Shown in pieces: positions 56,070 through 64,000 of a DNA stretch of 64,000 nt. Every line of letters begins with the position of its first letter. Position 1 is the first letter of the stretch. The stretch comes from Amoebidium appalachense (lineage: Eukaryota; Protista; Ichthyosporea). The stretch spans positions 8,884,054-8,948,053 of the forward strand of contig CAVNZM010000010.1 of NCBI GenBank assembly GCA_963693365.1, read 5' to 3'. The notes under the pieces were generated by a model. The model did no database searches. It was not told the DNA's origin and worked only from the letters and a program-made list of their open reading frames with translations. Made by a program: the position numbers and the translations under genes.

Positions 56070-57185
56070 GTTAACAGTAGAAGAATATTTAGTAGTAGAA
56101 GAATATTGAGCAATAGAAAGGTGTTGAGCAGTATAAAATGTGGAGTAGTAGATTGAAAGTTAGTAGTAGAAGAAGATTGAGCAGTATAAGAATGTTGAGC
56201 AGTGAAAGGATATTGAGCAGTAGAATAAAAGTTAGTAGTAGAAGAATGTTAATCAATAGAATAAGAGTTAGCAATGGAATGAAATTTAGTAGTAGAATTA
56301 AGGTTAACAATAGAAGAATGTTGAGTAGTAGATTGAATAGTGGAAGAATGTTAAGCAGTGTATTGACTAGTAGAAGAATGTTAAGCAGTGTATTGAACAG
56401 TATAAGAATGTTGACCAACGGATTGAACAGTATAAGAATGTTGAGCAACGGATTGAACAGTGGAAGAATGTTTAACTGTGATTTGAGCAGTAAAAATATT
56501 TAACAATAGAACTATGTTTAACGGGAGAAGAATGTTAAGCAGTGAATTGAGTAATAGATTTAGAGTTAGTAGTGGAATAAAGTTTAGTAATAGAATGAAG
56601 GTTAATAATAGAATAAAGTTGAGCCGTAGATTGAGTAGTAGAAGAATGTTGAGCAGTATAAAAATGTTAAGCAGGAGATTGAGAATTAGCAATGAAATAA
56701 AGTCTAGTAATAGAATGAAGGTTAATAGTAAAGAATATTTAGCAGAGAATTTAGCAGTAGAAGAATATTTAGCAATGGAATAAGAGTTAGCAGTAGAAGA
56801 ATATTTAGCAGTGGAATAAGAGTTAGCAGTAGAAAAATATTTAGCAATGGAATAAGAGTTAGTAGTAAAAGAATGTTTAACAGGGGATTGAGTAGTAGAA
56901 GGAAGTTTAGCACTGGATTGAACAGTAGAAGAATGTTGAGCAGTAGATTGAAAGTTAACAATATAAGAAGGTTGAGCAGTATAAAAAAATGTTGAGCAGT
57001 AGTAGAAGGTTGAGCAGGCGATTAAAAATGTTGAGCTGTAATAGAAGGTTGAGCAAGCGATTAAGAATGTTGAGCAGGCGATTAAGAATGTTGAGTAGGG
57101 GGGGGGGATTAAGCAGTAGAAGAATGTTAAGCAGTGGATTGAACAGTAGAAGGGTGTTGAACAGTAGAAGGATGTTGAACAGTAT
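56070..57185. repeat. Degenerate ~18-30-bp purine-rich tandem repeats
   Basis: Variants of AGAAGAATGTTGAGCAGTRGATTGAACAGT. Confidence 0.8.
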
Positions 57186-58649
57186 GTATCACCTATGTTA
57201 GGTAATGTATCGCCAATATTAGGTAATGTGTCGATTGAATGCTGGAAGATTGAAGGATGGGAGACTAATAGAAGATTGAGTGAGTGAGGGGGTAGAGGAT
57301 TAAATGAATGATGGGTAGAGGATTGAATGATGGAAGATGGGTAGAGGATTAAGTGATGAAGGGCGGGTAGAGTATTGAATGATGTAAGATGGGTAGAAGA
57401 TTAAGCGATGAAGGACGGGTAGAGGATTGAGCGATGAAGGGCGGGTAGAGGATTGAGCGAGGGTGGATAGAAATTGGAGGCTGATGGAAGATTGAGTGAT
57501 AGAAGATGGGAGACTAATAGAAGGTACATGGAAAAGTAAAGGATGGAAGATTAATAGAAGATGAATAGAAGATTGGAGATTAAACTATGGAAGACGGATA
57601 AAAGATAGAAGACACATGGAAGATTAAAGGTACTTACTGGTGCGACAAGTTTAACAGTATCCTCCGTCTCTGCTTCACTTCTGTCCAAAAACGTCTTGAT
57701 CTGCTATTAACTTCTTAGTATTACATTTTTTATAAGATCTTAATAAGTACTTACTAACTGACTAACTGATTTGTATTAACAGATACTTACTAACAGGTGC
57801 TACTAACGGATACTTACCTCTTATCCCTTAACAGGTACTTACCTTTTATCTCTTAATAGGTACTTCTTAACTGGTATTTACTGGTGTGACAAGCTTATCA
57901 CCTGTTTCCTCTTCGCTTCGGTCCAAAACATCTTGATCTGCTATTAACTTCTTAGTGTTACACTTCTCTTGGTATCTATATTAGAGTTACGAGCTTCTAA
58001 GATTTATATCAGCGAGAAGTACTAAAATCTCTAGCTAAATCCATCAATTTGGAAGATAAATTTAATAATGAATTGAAAAATGGTCTGTGGGATAGTTGTA
58101 ACTTGTCTCGTGGGATAGTTGTAACTTGTCTCGTGAGTGTCTTTCAGTGGATAGAATTAATTAAAACGTGTAAATTTTACCGGCTATACAAAAATGAAGT
58201 ATGGAATTTACACTATAAGCTTAAATTTAGAGAAGACTTGAAAATGGTCTGTGGAATTGTTGTAACAGGTCTCATGGGTTATGAATCTTGTCACACCAAA
58301 ACTGATACCCATTGGCAGAGTAAAGATTGTCGGAATTATACATCTGAAATAGAAAACTACAGTGTTAGAATTAAGCCACTGGCTTAAACATAATAGCTAC
58401 GAAAGCATTAGTATCTTGTGATACTATGTTCGCTTCTGAAATGATAGTAGATACTCCAGTGCTAACTGAAGCCGACACAATTGAAGCTGATGTTATTAAA
58501 TAAAGTACTCTAGCTATACCTGATAAGCCTATTAAACTACATAGATATAAACTCAACAATATTATCATTGCTCAATTGTACTGTCCGATAAATGTACAAA
58601 CTTCTAACTGTAGCATCCAAATTCTTACCTAACAGCTTGATGATAACCC

Positions 58650-59045
58650 TCCGAAAATTACCCATAAGAACCTCTCAGACAACCATCAGTTACTCTTAAG
58701 AATCTTGCAGACAACTCTCCGTCTCGTTATCCTTAAGACCCTTTAAGACAACCATCGTAGAAGATCGTCTACGAAGATTACCCAAGACAATCATCGGAGA
58801 AGAAGAAGATAACCCATGATCGTCTACGAGGATCATCCACGAGGATCATCCAAGAAGATTACCATCGTAAAAGATCGTCCACGAGGATCATCCAAGAAGA
58901 AGATCACCCAAGAAGATCACCTAAGGCAACCATCTAAGAAGAAGAAGATCACCCAAGAAGATCATCAGAAAAGTTACCCATAAGAACCTTTCAGACGAGC
59001 ATCCGACAAATAACTCTTAAAGGCCATCGTAAAAGATTATCCTCA
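58650..59045. repeat. Degenerate AAGAAGATCACCC-type short repeats
   Basis: Recurrent GAAGATCACCCAA / GAGGATCATCCA. Confidence 0.6.
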
Positions 59046-60310
59046 AAGACTTTTAGCTCAACTAGTTTCTCGTCTATTCAATTATGTTACCGCATCTGCA
59101 CGGTTAATTCAATTTCATGGATTTGTTCTCAAAGACAGTCAAAGCATTTTTACCATCTTCAGGAGTAGAACGCCTATCACTAACTCTTATACCTACTGTT
59201 AAATAAGCTAACTTCAGATACTAGCATTGAGGACACATCATGTACTATATTTTTTCTTACGAGTTTGCCGTACACTATGTTTTTGACAAAATTTGCACAA
59301 TATATCTGGACGCATAAATCCGACGGCCTTTCAAAATAAAGGCTTCTGCCTCAAATTGAAATCTCTATAAATGATGCAATTTTCTCAAGCAATACATATC
59401 TTATCTCGAAGTTACGATATAGGTACTAAGATTGAGGACACGTCATGTATTATACCTCCTCTTACAAGTTTGCTGTATACTGTGAGTTGGATAAACAGTC
59501 GCACTCTGCCATTCTCTGCGATACTGCTTTATGGAGGGTTCTAGAGTTCTTTTAAGATGATAAATTTTACTGCTACGGTTTCTCACCTTCTTTATAGTGT
59601 CTATCTGCATCAGGGGATCAGATTTTTCATACCAATAAATTGATATGGGTGTTAATTAATAAATACCCCCCCCAGTTACTTAATTGGGTTAGAAAGGACT
59701 CTGACTTGATAATTTATTTAAAATCCATTAGAGTATACTTTAAACAAGGAAGCTCATCTACTCGTCAACTACCGTCTACTCGTTGCTCTTTTACAGTATA
59801 TAATACTAACTTAGATCCGCAATATTCCATTGCTCTTTTACAGTACATAATATTAACTTAGATATGCAATATTCCATTGCTCTTTCAATTATCTTTTGAC
59901 TTATTACCATACATGATTAATTAGATCATTCACTTCTAACTTTTCAACTAGAGTTGGGTACCAAAAGCTTTAGGAAGTCCCCGGAGTTTGGTAGTTTTAG
60001 GCCCAAAAGTGATGTCCTAAATCACAAAGCACCTACTTACTAAAGCAGTACATACCTTATCCGAAAGTACAATATTAGTTGTGCCGAGTTTATACTGTTA
60101 AGTAAAAACCTCCTATGAGAACATTTCATTTACGCTATGACGCATTAACGTCTGTCCACTGGTGTTAGATTAAGTACAGTTTTTATACTAGAATTGTCTC
60201 CTGAATACTAACCCATCTTCATTAAAGTAGTGATACTCTTAATGCCATTAGAATTCTTTAGTTATTCGAGTAGTCATATCCTAAATGCCATTGTGATTTT
60301 ATGGTCATTT

Positions 60311-60478
60311 TAGTTTATCCATCAAGTACAGTTTTCGCTTTTCTCTGGTTATTCTAGTTTATCCATCAAGTACAGCTTTCGCTTTTCTCTGGTTATTCTA
60401 GTTTATCCCTCAAGTACAGCTTTCACTTTTCTCTGGTCATTCTAGTTTATCCATCAAGTACAGCTTTCGATTTTCTCT
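60311..60478. repeat. 44-bp tandem repeat x~4
   Basis: TAGTTTATCCATCAAGTACAGCTTTCGCTTTTCTCTGGTTATTC. Confidence 0.88.
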
Positions 60479-61575
60479 TGAGAGCTGTTACACTCTGCGC
60501 AAGCGACGCAGAAGACCTAGGACTTTCGGCGAGTCAGTGTCACAGATTTTTCATGCACCCCTCTTTGTTATTTATATACGTATGGCCTATCGTGCGTGCC
60601 CACAATTGTTTCATGCATTCCTGTTATTTATACACTTATGTTATACCGTATGCGATCCGATTTGATCTATGCACTTATGCTCTACCATGCACGAGTAACT
60701 CATTAACATCGATGATCCATTCGCATACTAGATAACTAAACAACATTCATGATAGACACCTAATAACACTAATCATTAATAATTTATGCTATGCACTTAA
60801 GAGCACCACTGATTCCTGCATGATCACAATTGTCTCAGGCACTCAATAACACTACTGATTTTTGCATGATCATAATTGTTTCAAGCACTCAATAACGTTA
60901 CGGATTTCTGCACGATCACAATTGTTTCATACACTTGCACTCATACTGTGCGCGATCCCCATTGAGTTATACTATGTACTTGAGAGCATATACCCTAAAT
61001 TTAAAGGAGACACATTAATGACTACACATTAGCGATATATTAATACAAGCTAACCATCCAACTAGTCCTCGAAAGTCTAAGTAATCAATAGCTCACAGTT
61101 AACTTAGCGGAACTAATTGTCAAACCAGTTTACAAGCGTGTAAGTAACCAACAGCTCATAATTAACCTAGTTCCGCATACGAGTTCTCAATGAGTTGCTA
61201 GTCCTATACGAGTGGCGGCTCCTCAGAGTCCAAATTCACCTTGTACGAGTAAGGAGAATTTTCCAAAAGCATAAGTCCCTTAGCGATAAGGCTCAAGCGA
61301 GACTCTCACAACGAGCTTGTCGTCATCTGATGACAATAGCATAAGACTTTTATCTTAGCGAGAAAGCTCTACTGAGACCTAACACAAGAAGGTCATATCA
61401 AGGCAGTACGACAAGCACAAGAAGTTTACATCATAAGGATAATCAACAGATGACGCTCTCGGATAGCTGTTACACTTTGACATCCTAACAAAAATTCCTA
61501 GGTAACGGCTTTCTAAGAGCTGTTACATCTTTACATAGTGGCGACCAACCCTATATGTTCGCACCAACGACCATT

Positions 61576-61897
61576 CCAAGCTAGCTTAGATCAATAACCT
61601 TACGCACAGGTACACAGTACCCAGCGAGCTTAATCTAATTGTCTTGTGCACAAGTACACAGTACCAAGCTAGCTTACGCCATTTGCACACAGGTACACAG
61701 TACCCAGGGAGCTTAATCAAATTGTCTTGTACACAGTACCAAGCTAGCTTACGCCATTTGTATTGCACACAGGTACACAGTACCCAGCAGACTTAATCCA
61801 TTTGTCTTGTGCACAGTACCAAGCTAGCTTACGCTATTTGTATTGCACACAGGTACACAGTACCCAGCGGACTTAATCCATTTGTCTTGTGCACAGG
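61576..61897. repeat. ~75-80-bp tandem repeat x4
   Basis: CCAAGCTAGCTTACG...CACACAGGTACACAGTACCCAG...TTGTCTTGTGCAC recurring. Confidence 0.8.
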
Positions 61898-62576
61898 TTC
61901 TAGCATTGAACTCCTTTTACATATTTAAGGGCAGACTATCTCTTCAATACCGTTCTATACATTAGTGAAAAGTACTGTTTCGCATGTAGTCTCTGAGGAT
62001 CCTAATCATAGATATCGATCTACTTTGGTTTCCTGCTGATTGTCCATTGTTACATCTTAAAGCTTTAGACGTCTCAGCATATAGCGAAATTTATAGTGGA
62101 CTAATTGTGTTAGTACCACTGACCGCACCTTGTTCTACTAATGCCGATGACACTAATATAAGTAAAGGTGGAGTAAAAACTAGCAGTATTAAATTACCTT
62201 AATTTGAGTAAGAGTCTTTGGGTCTTCTAATTTAAACAGATAAGAAAAGGCTGCTAGGAAAGTAAATTTAGAAAAGTAACAAAGCTTATGATACACTAAA
62301 CGGAATCATTCCTTCTTCTAATTAAAATTATTCATTAAACAACCCAAGGAACTACTCCTCGGAGCTAAGTGGTTATAAATTTATAATCATCATTATATCT
62401 CCATTTTTATAATTATGAAATCAACATACAGTACTCACTGTGAATACTAATGCTGCTAAAGAGGCGTAAATTGGCCAGGGATTTGTGAAACTACTTGGTA
62501 TAAATAGCTTATGAATGTGAACTACCATCTGGAATGACAGCTGTTATAATAAGATGATACATATGAGGATCTCAGA

Positions 62577-62828
62577 GTACCGTACCTGGTACTCCTAAAT
62601 CCATATGGATAACTAGTATCGTACATGGTACTCCTAAATTAATATGGATAACTAGTATCGTACCTGGTATTCCTAAATCAAAATGGATAACTAGTATCGT
62701 ACCTGGTACTCCTAAACCAAAATGGATAACTAGTATCGTACCTAGTACTCCTAAATCAAAATGGATAACTAGTATCGTACCTGGTACTCCTTAATTTAAA
62801 TGAATAACTAGTATCGTATCTGGTACTA
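62577..62828. repeat. 39-bp tandem repeat x6.5
   Basis: GTATCGTACCTGGTACTCCTAAATCAAAATGGATAACTA. Confidence 0.92.
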
Positions 62829-63445
62829 TTGGTTCGATATAAAATAATACGGAGAAAGTTGTTCCTAATAATACTCCAAACGCATCTGCTCTAATAAACA
62901 GCATTTCTATATCTTTATGCTATGTCTAAATTAAGCATCTTTATTCTTTCCTACTAAGGGAGTAGTGTAACTACTATAATTATAAGAAAGCCAATTAAAA
63001 TCTCTTAAGAGATTACTTCCTAAGAGGATAGTCTTATGCTCTTATCCCTACGCTACAACAAACTCGTGGAGTACTTTCTCTTCATTACCTTTAAGATTAT
63101 ATATTAGTCCATAAATTGGAGCACCGCGAAAGTTCCGTCGATTTCCGCAGGTACCAAGATTATGATCTGCTAAACCTCCAATTATTAGACTCGTCCCGTC
63201 TGAATCGGGATTTTTCAAAATTGGCATCTGACCTTATCTGGATTTTTCAAGATCGGCTTCTAACCATCTTTTCTCTTACCTACTATTGAATAGTTTAATT
63301 CTACTACTAACTTGCTATAATTAGAGCAATTTCTTCCTTTCTTCCATTTAAGATTTCTAACTGGTTAAACCTCAGAGTACCAGATGGGTCTCTTCTGTAC
63401 CCGGAAATTTTCTAATTGAGACCTCCACTTTTTGGAATTCGGCAA

Positions 63446-63870
63446 TTTACCCTTATTTTTCTTATAAATCGGTTAATTACAAATTAAGGTTTTTATAAAT
63501 TCCTAAATATGATCTGCTATAATTACAAATTTCAAGTTCGTCACTCCCGAAATTTGACATTTCGACATCTTCTGTATTTAGGATTTTTAAATTATTTACC
63601 CTTATTTCTCTTATAAATCGGTTAATTACAATTTAAGATTCTTATAAATTCCTAAATATGATCTGCTATAATTACAAATCTCAAGGTCGTCACTCCCGAA
63701 ATTTAACATTTCGACATCTTCTGTGTTTAGGATTTTAAAATTATTTACCCTTTATTTTCCCTTATAAATAGGTTAATAACAATTTAAGATTGTTATAAAA
63801 TCCAATTTCTGCTCTGCTAAAATTCCAAATTTCAAGGTCGTCACTCTTAAAAATCAAAATTTTGACATTT
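63446..63870. repeat. ~150-bp subterminal tandem repeat x3
   Basis: TTTACCCTTATTT...CTTATAAATCGGTTAATTACAA...CTGCTATAATTACAAAT...TCGTCACTC at ~63446, 63595 and 63744. Confidence 0.85.
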
Positions 63871-64000
63871 TTCCAGATTTTTGACAATTTACCACTTTCT
63901 GGATTTAGGATTGGAATTATCATCTTATATCGTGACAGAAGCTTAGAATAAGAATAGAGAAGAGGGGGCGATGTGAAATAACTAGACTGGGCCCCCGAAC

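Larger units (their letters stand above)
55330..64000. mobile_element. AT-rich decayed element bounded by ~110-bp imperfect terminal inverted repeats (right TIR reaches the window edge)
   Basis: GTTCGGGGGGCCCAGTCTAGTTATTTCA...GTCACGATATAAGATG...AATCCTAAAT at 55330 is the reverse complement of ~63900-64000. No intact long ORF lies inside. Confidence 0.75.

Noticed and set aside
56089-56961. Leu/Ile/Asn-rich minus-strand ORFs as membrane or LRR proteins
   Set aside because: They are by-products of the purine-rich repeat.
61515-61552. TGTTACA...AGTGGCGACC as a gypsy LTR end and PBS
   Set aside because: No paired LTR or gag/pol remnants were recognised.

Overview
Eukaryotic genomic window; the host taxon cannot be determined from sequence alone. 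It has four zones. (1) 1-33.5 kb is host DNA with introns full of poly-C/poly-G and (CA)n. It holds an intronless UBE2J/Ubc6 gene head-to-head with a ~14-exon ALG1 gene, a decayed 3' fragment of CTP synthase, a candidate secreted peptide precursor and several minisatellites. (2) 25469-31352 is a young full-length Ty1/copia LTR retrotransposon (766-bp LTRs, CACCC TSD, half-tRNA-iMet PBS), with a truncated copy of its LTR at ~15.8 kb. (3) ~34.0-54.5 kb is a gene-dense, intronless, virus-like insertion that begins with a 183-bp-arm GC-rich palindrome. It encodes an HNH(-AP2) endonuclease, a penton-like protein, a membrane-anchored B-lectin/PAN protein, a D5-type SF3 helicase followed by origin-like TCTAC iterons, and a pair of orphan paralogs. 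It also encodes a protein fusing five C2H2 zinc fingers to a PD-(D/E)XK nuclease and a copy of the helicase C-terminal domain, which is a candidate natural zinc-finger nuclease. No major capsid protein, packaging ATPase, polymerase or integrase was recognised. (4) 55.3-64 kb is an AT-rich, decayed element bounded by ~110-bp inverted repeats, with an apparent CpA>TpA mutation bias. All family assignments come from motif recognition by eye; no searches were run.
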